A stretch of DNA of 64,000 nt from the human T2T-CHM13v2.0 reference genome, Homo sapiens: the NCBI RefSeq assembly GCF_009914755.1, contig NC_060932.1; one strand, 5' to 3'. Shown piece after piece: positions 1 through 16,112 of the stretch. How positions within the stretch are numbered: the first letter of the stretch is position 1; each line of letters opens with the position of its first letter. A program made the translations under genes and the position numbers. The notes below the pieces were generated by a model, which searched no databases, was not told the origin of the DNA, and saw nothing but the letters and a program-made list of their open reading frames with translations.

Positions 1-1
1 A

Positions 2-709
2 TGCAGAAGCCTCAGGAGCCAATGCGATCAACTGGAAGAAAGGGTATCAGCAATGGAAGATGAAATGAATGAAATGAAGCGAGAAGGGAAGTTTAGAGAA
101 AAAAGAATAACAAGAAATGAGCAAAGCCTCCAAGAAATATGGGACTATGTGAAAAGACCAAATCTACATCTGATTGTTGTACCTGAAAGTGTTGGGGAGA
201 ATGGAACCAAGTTGGAAAACACTCTGCAGGATATTATGCAGGAGAACTTCCTCAATCTAGCAAGGCAGGCCAACGTTCAGATTCAAGAAATAGAGAGAAT
301 GCCACAAAGATACTCCTCAAGAAGAGCAACTCCAAGACACATAATTGTCAGATTCACCAAAGTTGAAATGAAGGAAAAAATGTTAAGGGCAGCCAGAAAG
401 AAAGGACGGGTTACCCTCAAAGGGAAGCCCATCAGACTAACAGCGGATCTCTCAGCAGAAACCCTACAAGCCAGAAGAGAGTGGGGGCCAATATTCAACA
501 TTCTTAAAGAAAAGAATTTTCAATTCACAATTTCATATCCAGCCAAACTAAGCTTCATAAGTGAAGGAGAAATAAAATACTTTACAGACAAGCAAATGCT
601 GAGAGATTTTGTCACCACCAGGCCTGCCCTAAAAGAGCTCCTGAAGGAAGCACTAAACATGGAAAGGAACAACCGGTACCAGCCGCTGCAAAATCATGCC
701 AAAATGTAA
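2..709 (+). CDS. L1 ORF1p, partial (frame open from the window edge to its normal stop)
   Basis: Frame reads CRSLRSQCDQLEERVSAMEDEMNEMKREGKFREKR...YPAKLSF...NHAKM* with no internal stop, recognisable as ORF1p. Confidence 0.93.
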   Translation, partial: CRSLRSQCDQLEERVSAMEDEMNEMKREGKFREKRITRNEQSLQEIWDYVKRPNLHLIVVPESVGENGTKLENTLQDIMQENFLNLARQANVQIQEIERMPQRYSSRRATPRHIIVRFTKVEMKEKMLRAARKKGRVTLKGKPIRLTADLSAETLQARREWGPIFNILKEKNFQFTISYPAKLSFISEGEIKYFTDKQMLRDFVTTRPALKELLKEALNMERNNRYQPLQNHAKM

Positions 710-757
710 AGACCATCAAGACTAGGAAGAAACAGCATCAACTACCGAGCAAAATAA

Positions 758-4599
<3,842 letters not shown>

Positions 4600-4908
4600 A
4601 CAATGAGATCACATGGACACAGGAAGGGGAATATCACACTCTGGGGACTGTGGTGGGGTTGGGGGAGGGAGGAGGGAAAGCATTGGGAGATATACCTAAT
4701 GCTAGATGACGAGTTAGTGGGTGCAGCGCACCAGTATGGCACATGTATACATATGTAACTAACCTGCACAATGTGCACATGTACCCTAAAACTTAAAGTA
4801 TAATAAAAAAATAAAAAAGTAAAAAAAAGGCTATTTTGATAATTCCCCATTTTAAAAGTAGCCCATAAGCCTATGTTTTGGAATTTATTTTGTATTTGTT
4901 TTTTTAAG

Positions 4909-4963
4909 AAAATAGAATTTAATATTGCCCAGTCAGCTTATGATTATCAAATGAAGCTTGATT
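4909..4963 (+). pseudogene. Pseudo-exon 1 (KIEFNIAQSAYDYQMKLD)
   Basis: T-rich tract ending TTTTTAAG| at 4908 and donor T|GTATGT at 4964. Ends in phase 1, matching the start of exon 2. Short, so weaker support. Confidence 0.45.
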
Positions 4964-5039
4964 GTATGTTTTAGAGTCTTAATAGACATAATGATTAATT
5001 ATTCTTCAGGAAAACCCAAAGGAAATATACATGTTTACC

Positions 5040-6500
5040 TTTATTTATTTCTGAACCCCTGTTAACATTGCACAAATAATATGAAGTAAAATATTATCAT
5101 AAAATAAATTTCAAAGTTAAGGGAAATACAATGCCATCAGAGGAGGGAAGCCTGTGTAATTAGAAACTTGGAAAGTAAAATAACAAGTGGCAATTGATTT
5201 AGTTGATTAAAGGAGCTAAATTCAAAGCCAGCAATTGGGGAACTGAGACATGCTGATTCATGCAGTATTGTAAGGGGGAGTTTCAAGTATTAGAGACCAA
5301 AGTGTCTCTGAAGTCTGTAACAATATCAAAATGATTGATTGTAAATCTTTTAAGGAGAAGTCAAAACAACTTATCCTCCCTCACCTAACAGCAAAGATAG
5401 ACAACTAATTTCTTCCCAGCCCCTGAGAAGATGGTGTCTGTCTGGGCTCTGAGATGGGAAACCACCTGAAGCTAGAAATGAGCTGCCTCAGTTGAAATGG
5501 AATCAAGTCTACAAATATCATAAGAAAATCTTCAACTCTCTTTCCATTTCCCTGACTTCTGAATTCTGGGAAAGACATGGGACTCAAACTAGAAATTATT
5601 ATTGTTTTGTTTGAAAACTAACAGTCACAAAAGAAAATTCCTACATATATTGGCATTTGTGGATATCTCAAAATATGGCCACATCCATTCCTGGCAATAA
5701 GAAATGTAACTCATTAGTTGGTAAGCCCAGTTTATTGTGAACACAGTCATAATAAGTCATTATAGTCAGCATACTAGTGACTCACTCCTAAATATAAGTA
5801 GATATCCAAAGTTCACTAGATATCTATTTAATATTAGTAGTTATTAGATATTATAATTATCTATTTATTATTTATTATTATTATCTAATATTATTATTAT
5901 TTCAGTTATTTTTCTAACATGACAGATAAAAAATAGTAAATAATAAAATAAAAACATAAAGAATTAATTTCTTGTTAGAAGAGACAACGTAGGGAGCAAT
6001 AATTTATCTCAAAGAAATAAGGGATATACTACTTTTATGAAAAATGAGCAAGAAGCTATAAAGTGCTTCATAAATTAGCTGTCAGAAGCTGATATAAAAC
6101 CAACCAAAAAGGTAACCATAAAAGTTTTATATTTTACATATAGAGTTATAGAATGCAGAGAGAATCATATGACAGAAAAAAAGATGAATTGAAGAGGAAG
6201 ACAGTGGTTCAAACAAAACAAACCAAAACAAAACAGAGACAAATGTAGAAATATAGACAGCTCTTTCAAATTAGTAGGTAAGAAGTAGACTTCAGCAGTA
6301 ATGCTGACAACTCTGGAATAGATATGACTTATTAAAAAATATCAAGCATATATATCATATATATGTATATAAATATAAACTTTGAAAATAGTATTTGAAC
6401 TTGATCCTTAAAACAAATAAACTAATAAATTAGAACAAGATGTTTTTCCTTTACAGCAGACTGAAAAAGGGTTCAACAAGAAACAAACAAACAACAAACA
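5040..6500 (+). mobile_element. Old, highly diverged L1M fragments (probable)
   Basis: A-rich, purine-skewed sequence resembling ancient L1 5'/ORF1 regions; no subfamily call. Confidence 0.35.
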
Positions 6501-6559
6501 TAGTGTCACACGTTTAGGTTGTATTATGGCAATGCATTTTGAATCCAAGTTTTCATATG

Positions 6560-7400
6560 CAACAGTTTTAGAATATGGCCAGAAAATACTTTGACAATTT
6601 TACCATTGAAATGTGATGTTTTTACCAACTCCTCTTGAATCTGATATCTTTAACTGTTAGATATGAAATACAGAAGTGATGCTGGCTAGTTTGTAGGTCT
6701 AGGCTTTTATAAACTGGCAGCTTCTACTTCCCATGTCTGAAATACTTTTGTAAGACAGCCTCTATAGTTTAGTAAGCACACCCACTTGGAGAGGACCTGT
6801 GCAGGTATTCAGTCCAAGAAACCTAGCCAACATGTGAGCAACTTGCTTGCATTAATCACCTGATATGTAAGAAAGGAAACATTCTAGATCACTCCAGCTC
6901 CTGCCACTCCTTGACAGTAATCATCAGAAGAAAAGAAAGAGGGAAAAACCATCTAGCTTAGTGCTCTAAATGCCTAGAAACATGACAGATAATACTAAAA
7001 ATCATTATTGTTGTTTAATCTACTCAGCGTTGAGGAAATTTATTATTAAGCAACAGATTTTGTTTTTAGAGTGAGATGCTCTAATAACAAAAACCTAAAT
7101 GGTGCAGCATTGGCACTGGAATTGGACTGAGACCAGAAGCTGAAAGATGAGTGTCCTTGATGCCTATAGATGCAGGTAAGCTGCAGGTGAGGGCTCAAAG
7201 AAAGTGAAAAAAACGTTATTGAAACAGGAAGGGAAATAATACCTTGTTAAGTGATGGTAGTAATGTAGATGGTAGTAGATAGACCTAATAAACTTGTTAA
7301 TCTAAGGAGAGTTCCATGCATACTAAAAACAAAACCGAAAAACCTAATCATGTGTTTTCTCTTTGCCTATGAATAATCAAGGAAACATAGAGGAGAGAGA
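6560..7400 (+). mobile_element. MaLR MLT1-type LTR plus the start of its internal sequence
   Basis: TATGGCCAGAAAATACTTTGACA...CTCTTGAATCTG and CTGGCAGCTTCTACTTCC are MLT1G/H-like. At ~7060, CTAATAACAAAAACCTAAAT...TTGGCACTGGAATTGG resembles the MLT1-int 5' end. Confidence 0.6.
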
Positions 7401-7439
7401 TGAGTAATATTTAAAAAATGCTATATATGAGGGAGATTT

Positions 7440-7612
7440 TATGTTTCTGGTATGACTAAACACACTCCTACCAGATCTAACCTTTCCAGAAATAACAGTG
7501 GAAAATATTGGAGAAAAACAACAAAGAAAGAACAACAAAAAAACCAATTATCTGAAGGCACTAGAGAGTGAAAAAAGCAGGTTTATACTGGATGGGACTG
7601 GATAGTTGAAAA
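7440..7612 (+). mobile_element. Ancient L1M 5'-end fragment
   Basis: TATCTGAAGGCACTAGAGAGTGAAAAAAGCAGG resembles recalled L1M 5' regions. Confidence 0.45.
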
Positions 7613-7627
7613 CACAAACTGGTTCAG

Positions 7628-7830
7628 CTTGTGGCGATGACCACAAACATTCCAATATTCTTGTGCGAGCGCAGTGAACATGTATTGGAGTCCATATGAA
7701 TGCAGATTGGCTTCGGCAATCTTCCAGAATAATAACTGAAGACAAAGCATTATCTAACTATTGATCTCTCTTAGCTTGTTACACAGATAGAATTGTTAAT
7801 TCCATATCAGTCATTATTTGTGTTATGAGG
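7628..7830 (+). pseudogene. Pseudo-exon 2 (CGDDHKHSNILVRAQ*TCIGVHMNADWLRQSSRIITEDKALSNY*SLLACYTDRIVNSISVIICVM)
   Basis: CpG-retaining non-repeat island. Acceptor TTCAG| at 7627 has no pyrimidine tract; donor GG|GTAATA at 7831. TGA stops at 7675 and 7762. Needs a 1-nt indel (GGG run) to join exon 3 in frame. Confidence 0.5.
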
Positions 7831-8082
7831 GTAATATTTTATTAAGACCCTTATAATCTACAATTTCCAGTATTTAACAGCTTTCTTATAATCCAAACTA
7901 GACCATTAAGTGTGCATTCTGTAGGTGTAAGCGTGCATGCATATATTTAATCATATATTCTTTGTTAATTCCAAAATTTCTTGATGCTTCCAGGTACCCT
8001 GAATTGTTTTGTATTAACCACCCGAGTAGACTTAGGAATTCTCAAGTTTTCTACCTGGTTTGTCCAATTAAAACAAAACCAA

Positions 8083-8485
8083 AGGCTTCTGGTTTCAGCT
8101 CAGAAAGCTAAAGCTTCAAAGTCATTACTCTTATTCTTATGACAAGAAACAGCTTATCAGACTAAAAATCAATTACTTTTATTGAACTAATAGAAGAACT
8201 AAAATGACAGGGCAAATCTCTGCACTGAGCAAAACACATATCCAATAAATGACTGATATGCAAAATATACAAAGAACTCTAAAATTCAATGATATAACAA
8301 ACAGCTCAATTAAACAATAGGCAAAAGATCTGAATAGATACCTTATCAAAAATAATGTAGACGGCAAAATACTTATGAAAAGATACTAAAATCATATGTC
8401 ATTAGGGAGTTACAAATTAAAATGAGATTGTGCTACAGACTTGTTAGAATGGTTAAAAATTCAAAACCCTGATAACACCAAACAG
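8083..8485 (+). mobile_element. Old L1M fragments (5'-end piece, then an ORF2 3' piece)
   Basis: CTAAAAATCAATTACTTT...GACAGGGCAAA (L1MC-like 5' end), then AAAATATACAAAGAACTCT...GGCAAAAGATCTGAATAGA (ORF2 end). Confidence 0.6.
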
Positions 8486-11280
8486 AGAAGGAATAGCTAC
8501 ACTTATACCATATAAAATAGATTTTAGGTCAAAAACTGTAAAAAGCACCCAAATACATAAAGCAAATATTTAATAAACTATAGAAATGGTAAATATACAA
8601 TGTAAATTAAACAAGATGAAACTAAGAAGAAAATTTAAAAATGTTTGAAGCAAATGAAAATGAAAACATAATACACAAAAATCTATGGGATATAGCAAAA
8701 GCAGTACTAAGAAGAAAGTTTATAGCAATAAGTGCCTACATTAAAAGGTAAAACTATTTTAAATATACAGCCTCAATAAAATAGAAAAGCAAGAACAAAC
8801 CAAGCCCAAAATTTGTAAAAGGACAATATAAGGACCAAGAAGAAATAAATAAAATTGAGGCTAAAAATTTTTTTTAAAAAGATCATCAAAACAAAAAGTT
8901 TTTTTAAAGATAAAATCAACAAACCTTTCACTAGACTAAGAAAAAAGAAGACCCCCAAAATAAAATCAGACAGAATAGAAATTACAACTGATACCATGGA
9001 AATTGAAAGGATTTTTGGAGACTACTATGGGCTACTACATACCAGCAAATTGGAAAACCTAGACAAAATCGATAAGCTCCTGGACACATAAAACCAACTA
9101 ATATTGGACCATAAAGAAATAGAAAACCCAAACAGACCAATAATAATCAATGAGATTGAATCAGTAATAAAAAGTTTCTCAGTTGGGCATGGTGGCTCAC
9201 GCCTGTAATCCCAGCACTTTGTGAGGTCGAGGAGGGTGGATCAGAAGGTCAGGAGTTCGAGATCAGCCTGACCAATATGGTGAAACTCAGTCTCTACTGA
9301 AAATACAAAAATTAGCCTTGTGTGGTGGCTCGTGCCTGTATTCCCAGCTACTCCGGAGTCTGAGGCAGGAGAATTGCTTGAACCCGGGAGGCGGAGGTTG
9401 CATTGAGCCGAGGTCACACCGCTGCACTCTTGCCTGGCCGACAGAGCAAGACACCATCTCCAAAAAAAAAAAAAAATGTTCTGAACAAAGAAAATTCCAA
9501 GGGTGGATGGACCCACTGAATCATCCTAAACTTTTAAAGAATAACTACAGTAATTTTCTCAAATAACACCAAAAAATTACAGAAGAGAGAATTCTACAAA
9601 CTCATTCTATGAGGCCAGGATTACATTGACACCAAAGCCAAACAAGAACACAACAACAACAAAACTACAGGTTAATATCCATGATGAACATACATGCAAA
9701 CATTCTCAACAAAATACTGGCAAATTGAACCCAACAGCACATGGAAAATATAATGCACCATGATCAAGTGGAATTCATCCCAGGGATGCAAGGATGGATA
9801 AATATACACAACTCAATAAATGTCATACATCACATCAACAGAATAAAGGACAAAAAACATAGGATTATTTCAATAGATGCAGAAAAGCTGCATTTGATAA
9901 AATGCAACATTTATTCACAGCAAAAGACAGTCAACAAATTAGGTATAGAACAAATGTATCTCAAAATAATAAAAGCCGTGTAGAGCAAACCCACAGAGAA
10001 CATCATGGCAAATGAGGAAAAGTCGAAAGGTTTTCCTCAAAGATCTGGAAGAAGATAAGGATGCCTATTTGCACCATTCATTCAACAGAGCCCTGGAATT
10101 TCTAGCTAGAGCAGTCAGACAAGTAAAATAAATAAAAGACACCCGAATTGAAAAAGAGAAAGAATATTTTTTGGTTGAAGATGATATGATCTTATATTTA
10201 GAAAAACCTAAAGATCACCAAAACACTGTTAGAAGTGATAAACAAATTCAGTAAACTTGCAAGATATGGGAACAATATAAAAAAATCAGTAGCATTTAAA
10301 TATACAAATAGTGAACAACCTAAAACAGAAATCAAGAAATAAGTCCCACCAACAACAGTTACAAAAAATAAAAATAAACTTGTAAATAAATTTAACCTGA
10401 GAAGTGAAAGATATCTGCAATAAAAACCACAAAACTCTGATGAAAAACTTAATACTGTTCACAGATTGGAAAAATAATATTGTTAAAATGACCATAGCTT
10501 TCAAAGCAATCTATATGTTCAATGCAATCCCCATCAAAATGTCAATGGCATTCTTCCCAGAAATAGAAAAAAAATCCTAAAATTTGTATGGAACCACAAA
10601 AAGCCCCCAAAGCAATACCCAACATTGAGTATATACCCAAGGAAAAGAAAATTCACATGTCAAAGAGATATCTGCACTCCCATTTATTGCAGCACTATTC
10701 TCAATAGCAACAGTATGGAATCAACCTAAGATCCACTGATAGATGAAGAAAATGTGGTGTATATACATAAAATGAAATAGAATTCAGCCACAGAACAATA
10801 TCCTGTTATTTGTGGCAACATGGATGAGCACGAAGGATATTATGTTAAGTGAAATAAGCCGTGCTGGAAGACAAATACTCCACGTTCACACTTATATGTA
10901 GGAGCTAAAAAAGTTGATCTCATAGAAGTAGAGAGTAGAATGGTGGTTACCAGAGGCTGGAAAGAGTATAGCGGAGAGGGAAATATAAGAAAATTAGTTA
11001 ATGGGTTCATCCTAAATGTATTCAGTTAGGATGAATAATACATTTTAGTGTTGTATAGCATAGTAGGATGAATATAATGAACAATAATTTATTGCATATT
11101 TCAAATTAGCAAAAATAGGAGATTTTGAATATCCCTGACACAAAGAAATAATAAATAGTTGAGGTGATGGGCTATGTGAATTACTCTAATTTGATCATTA
11201 CACATTGTGTACATGTATCACAATATCACATGTACCACATAAAAATATACTGTTATTAGGTATCAGTTAAACATGTTAAA
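8486..11280 (+). mobile_element. L1MA-type element (decayed ORF2 plus 3'UTR), interrupted by an Alu
   Basis: ORF2 remnants [17 protein letters not shown] and DKINKPFTRL; L1MA-like 3' end GATCATTACACATTGTGTACATGTATCACAATATCACATGTACC. Confidence 0.88.
9182..9476 (+). mobile_element. AluS (Sg/Sc-like), full length
   Basis: Dimeric Alu with A-rich linker and A15 tail. The shortened GGATCAGAAGGTCAGG segment suggests Sg/Sc. Confidence 0.93.
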
Positions 11281-11480
11281 AAATGTAATGTGATATCCTG
11301 GATAGGAACCTGTGACAAAAAAAAAATTATTTAAAAACTGAATAAATTTAAATGAAGAATTAATTTAGTCAGTAAGTTACCAATATGGGTTCATTAATTA
11401 TAACAAATATAATAATGTGGGGGAGAGTAAATATGAAAATTCTTTCTACTGTTTCCTTAATTGTAAGTCTAAAACTGAAT
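11281..11480 (+). mobile_element. L1MC-type 3'-end fragment
   Basis: AAATGTAATGTGATATCCTGGATAGGAACC ... TGTAAGTCTAAAACTG motifs. Confidence 0.55.
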
Positions 11481-11716
11481 TTATTCCCACCCCGGTACTT
11501 GATAATTGTGTATTATGTAGCACTACATTTAGTAACCTTTTAATTGTTTCTGAGCAGGTTAAATTGAAATGCAAATAATGAGACAGAACTATTTTGATTA
11601 TAAATAAAGATAATATATAGACATGCATTATATATTTAAATTGGTTAAAATAATTTGTAGTGTTTTTAAAGTATTTAAAATTATTTGTCCATTTCCTTTA
11701 CCTCTTTTGTTTTTAG

Positions 11717-11876
11717 CAATGATATCATACCTGAATTTTGTATTCAATTTTGGACTGATGACTATACAAGAGAATTAGCAAATTTGTGTTTGTCATTTTT
11801 GGAGTGGATTGATGAGTCATCAAAGAACTATCATTTGAAGAAAGATGATGAAATTGATGATGCTGACATCATAGCT
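11717..11876 (+). pseudogene. Pseudo-exon 3, 160 bp, no stop (NDIIPEFCIQFWTDDYTRELANLCLSFLEWIDESSKNYHLKKDDEIDDADIIA)
   Basis: Strong acceptor TTTCCTTTACCTCTTTTGTTTTTAG| and consensus donor GCT|GTAAGT. Only one frame is open (part of ORF 11685..11960). Phase 2 in, phase 0 out. Confidence 0.8.
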
Positions 11877-12380
11877 GTAAGTGAAAAAGGAAAATCACCA
11901 AACTCAGTGCATGATCTCTTAATTTCCTACACCACTTCAGCATTTTACAGAATTTTATAGTGAACAAAGGCAAATTAAAAGAAAAACTGGGAAAGAGAGA
12001 AGGAAACTAGCAAATGAATCTACTGTTGACTTAAAAGTACACTCCTCTATATTTGAAAATAATATTAAGACAAAGAATAAGCTATAGGAAAAATAACTTG
12101 AAAGCATGCAAAATTTATGTAGAATGGCATGATTTAAAAGGCATTCTGAAATTCATACTTCTGTAGAAGATGCAGAAAGGGTGAGATGCCTTTGGACAAA
12201 TAAGTGATAAAGAGAAAGGGAAGAAAAGGAAAAAACTGGATTATTGCAAAAGAAAAAGAACTACAAATTAGAAGATTCTCAACCTATTTTCTCACCACTA
12301 AAACAAACAAACAAGGACAAAAATAAACAAACAACTCTAAAACACCTGAGCTTTGTTTTACTGTCAGAAGAATATGCCAT

Positions 12381-13348
12381 TGTTACAGGATCTTTGGAGT
12401 GTCACTTTTCTGGCTGGAAACCTCTGTGGCCAGTGGCACCTTTGCCCAAATTCTTATGCTGTGTCCAGGACGAATGAGGTACGCAGACAAGTGGAAGGTG
12501 AACAAGATGAAGAGGAGCTTTATTGAGTGTTAAAACAGCTCAGAGGAGACCCACACTGAGTACCTCCTCTCTGTAGGCAAGTTGTCCAGTTAAGTGTTCA
12601 GCTCTCAGCAGAAATGAGGCCCCGGAAGAGGATGGCTCCTTCTGCTGGCAGGTCATTCCATTGTCTCTGCAGCTCTCAGCAGAGAGGGTAGCTCTTCTCT
12701 GCAGCCAGTCATCTGGTCATCTCCAGTGATCAGCAGAGAAGGTAGCTCCTCTCTGCAACCGGTCATCCCCTCTCTCCATCCTCTGACTGCTCTGGCTGAG
12801 CCTGGGGCTTTTACGGACCTCAAAGGGGAGCAAGTGTTTGCCAATTGGCCCATGGGCAGCCATGGATGGGCCCAGAAAAGGCACCACAAGTCCCCACTTC
12901 ATTCGTGGGACCAGAAGCCCAGCCCCCAGCCTTCAGGCCCTTCCTGGCCTTAAGGTGGGGCCTTACTGGGGACCTGCCCGCTTCTGTCCAGGAGCCTGTC
13001 TGCCTCCTGCTGCCGTTCATAGCACCTGGGCTTGGCCAGACTTCGAGATCTAAGTGAGTGCCAAAAGCAGGGAGAAGCCAGGCACTGGAAGCAGGCACTA
13101 CTGAGCCTGAAAGGGTCAGGGGCCTTCCCAGTCCCCCAAGAGTGCAGGGATGCCTCAGCCTGCAGAGGTGGTTTGGGCAGCTGCAGCTGTGCTCAGGAAG
13201 GCAGGTCTCCTGCCTGCTTAGTGGAACAGGGGCCTAGGTGTGCAGCTGTGATTGGGTGGCTCCATGGAGCTCGTAGCCATGGCCATGCCTTCTTTTTGCA
13301 GCTGGCATGATGGCAGTAGCATGCCATCTGGAGTGACTGCTGCCGTCA
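12381..13348 (-). mobile_element. MER52-family solo LTR (ERV1)
   Basis: TG...CA termini, 4-bp TSD CCAT (12377-12380 and 13349-13352). Starts TGTTACAGGATCTTTGGAGTGTCACTTTTCTGG, as in the recalled MER52 antisense end. Internal ~44-bp repeats at 12600-12770. Confidence 0.88.
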
Positions 13349-14599
13349 CCATAAACGAGAAACCTTTAAAACCCACAAGTAATATAAAAATGAACACAAA
13401 ATTTAACAACTCCATAGAGGTCTAGTGGGGAAAGATTGTGGAAATCAAATAGCACACATAGCCATGGAGGAAAATCCATTTCCTTCAAAATAAACTATGA
13501 AAGCAGAACACGTCTGTAACCAAAGATGACTCATTACCTCACATAAGCATTTGAGATACGACTAACCACTATTATTCCAAAATACAAAATCTAATAACAC
13601 AATAGACAAAAAATGAAAACAGAGAAATAAAAGTGAATTGATTAAACATGAGAGAAATAAAACAAAATATTTAAAAATATATCAAAATGAAGAATAAATT
13701 TCCAGAAGCCAAAGGGAGAATAGGCTCAAATAAAAAATTGATAAAGAACACTGAGAAAAGACAAGAGAACACCCAAGAAAATAAAAATCATGTAAAAATG
13801 CATATAGAAGGGATCAGAGAGAAAATAATAGAAATAGAGGACAGTCAAAAATGAATAATATTCATCATTTTGAATCCCTAAACAAAACAAAACTGTAACA
13901 TAGAAAATAGAAAAGTACTGAAATTTACAGATTGAAAGGTGTTGGTAGATACCTGAGAAGATTAACCTAGAATAATGAACTCTGAATTTAAAGGCAAAGA
14001 TAAAATCTTCTAAGCCTCCAGGCAAAAACATCAAATAATGTATAATTTAAAAACATTTCAATAATTATTCTATCTTTGTTGTTCTTGTTTTAATGCGTTT
14101 TTAACTCATTTTTTAAGTCAAACCAGTCATTTGCTATACGTGTTAATATTTTTCAAAATACAAGATTTTGATTCATTAATTAGATCTTTACCATTTGCCT
14201 CAATAATTTCTGCTTCTATCTTTATTATATTCTTTTGTGTGTGTGTGTCTCTGTGTGTGTTGGGGGGGCTGTTTTGTTACTCTTTTTAATCATTTATTGA
14301 GATGAAAATGAATTTCATTTATCTTCCTCTTACACAGTAACATTTTTGTATTTTATTTTCTGATTGCTGCTTTTAATGTATAGATTTTTATTTTTTATGG
14401 TTGCGATTTTTAAAAAATTTGGAATTTTAGTTTCTATTTCCCATTTCACGCAAGAGTTATTTAGCTGAAATTTTTATAATTTCCAGGAGAAAGGCATTAT
14501 TGGGCATAAAATTGTGAGTTAGCTCCACGTTTGATTCATATACTCACTACAGATAATTGCAACTACAACTGTGTCTTTTCAGCTTTAATCAACCTATTA

Positions 14600-15270
14600 T
14601 ATAGGAACACTATTGGTGTGGTGGTAAGACAGGGTGAGGGGCATTATATAATTAGTCCTCCAGGTAAATCTCAGAGCTCTAATAGTTCTATGTCTCAAGG
14701 CCATGACTTTCACCATTGATTTTCCCATGGCATAACTTCTTTTTTTTTTTTTTTTTTTTTTTTTGAGACGGAGTCTCGCCGTCGCCATGGCATAACTTCT
14801 TTGTCCATTGGTCCCACTCCCTTCTTTGGCTGTGGTGTTCCCAATCTATTTCCTTGAAGCCCTACTCCTTATCAACTGTTTTTTTTAGATCCTCCATTTA
14901 GTGAGGCAGAAAAGCTTGAAAGGGCTGGAGTGGAAAGACGGCCCCTCTTCAGCTAGGATAAGGCTCTATTAAAGTCTTTTACCCTGGATATTTGATATTT
15001 GGTTATTTGGTAGTGATCTACATTTAGCTTTCAACAATTTATCAAAATTGGCATATAAGTAATTTTACCAGTTTATGACTCCAATCTGCTCCCTGTAGCA
15101 GATCTTGGCTGAACAAGCTTGCCTTTGCAGAGCTTGAGGTTGTGATTTGCCTGTAATCTCAACTAGTTTATAGGTCCAAGAAAAGTCATTGATTTTCAGT
15201 TTGTCCAGGTGTTTTCATTGTTGAAAGGATAGAAATAATGCCTTCTAAGCTATTTACACGTCAGAGTTGA
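14600..15270 (-). mobile_element. Old L1MC-like 5' region
   Basis: GGTCCAAGAAAAGTCATTGATTTTCAGTTTGTCCAG is the reverse complement of the L1M 5' motif also seen at ~8160 and ~41790. Confidence 0.55.
14741..14784 (-). mobile_element. Extremely 5'-truncated Alu (about 20 bp plus poly-A) with a perfect TSD
   Basis: T-run then GAGACGGAGTCTCGCCGTCG, flanked by identical CCATGGCATAACTTCT at 14725-14740 and 14785-14800. Confidence 0.9.
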
Positions 15271-15426
15271 GCTCACTCCTCCCCTCACTCAGATGCTCCA
15301 GGATCTCTGTCCTTTTTTATCTTTCGAGTTTTCCAAACATATCTTACCTTATTCCTCTGAACTTGTTCCCTCTGCTATATCAGAGATTTCAAAAATACAT
15401 TATTTTTCTATGTTTAATACTTTTAG

Positions 15427-15754
<328 letters not shown>

Positions 15755-15757
15755 TAA

Positions 15758-16030
15758 TTTTTTTTTTTTTTTTGAAATGGTCTTGCTCTGTCACGAAGGC
15801 TAGATTGCAATGGCACAATCATAGCTCATCTCAGCCTGCCAAGTAGCTAGGGCTACAGTTGTACATCTCCATGACAGGCTAATTTTGTTTTTCTTTCTAA
15901 TTTTTTCTTTTGTAGAGATGAGGGTCTTGCTATGTTAACCAGGCTAATTTCGAACTCCTGGCCTCAAGTGTTCCTCCTGCCTTGGCCTCCCAAAGTGTTG
16001 GAATTAAAGGCATAAACCACTATACCTAGT
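15758..16030 (-). mobile_element. AluJ-like, internally deleted
   Basis: ATCATAGCTCA and CTCCTGGCCTCAAGTG J-type features; right arm shortened. Confidence 0.85.
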
Positions 16031-16112
16031 GGTTTAGAGTATATTTTGAGTTTGGGAAATAAAAATATAAATATATTTACTGTTAAAGTTTTATTATGTA
16101 TTCTTTGCTGAG

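Noticed and set aside
7548-7745. Minus-strand ORF, and an alternative frame LLFWKIAEANLHSYGLQYMF after a TTTGTCTTCAG acceptor
   Set aside because: No partner exons found on the minus strand, and it runs into L1-like DNA. More simply the antisense shadow of pseudo-exon 2, though not formally excluded.
12653-13415. Cluster of overlapping 60-92 aa ORFs
   Set aside because: All lie in the GC-rich MER52 LTR, where stops are rare; no protein signature.
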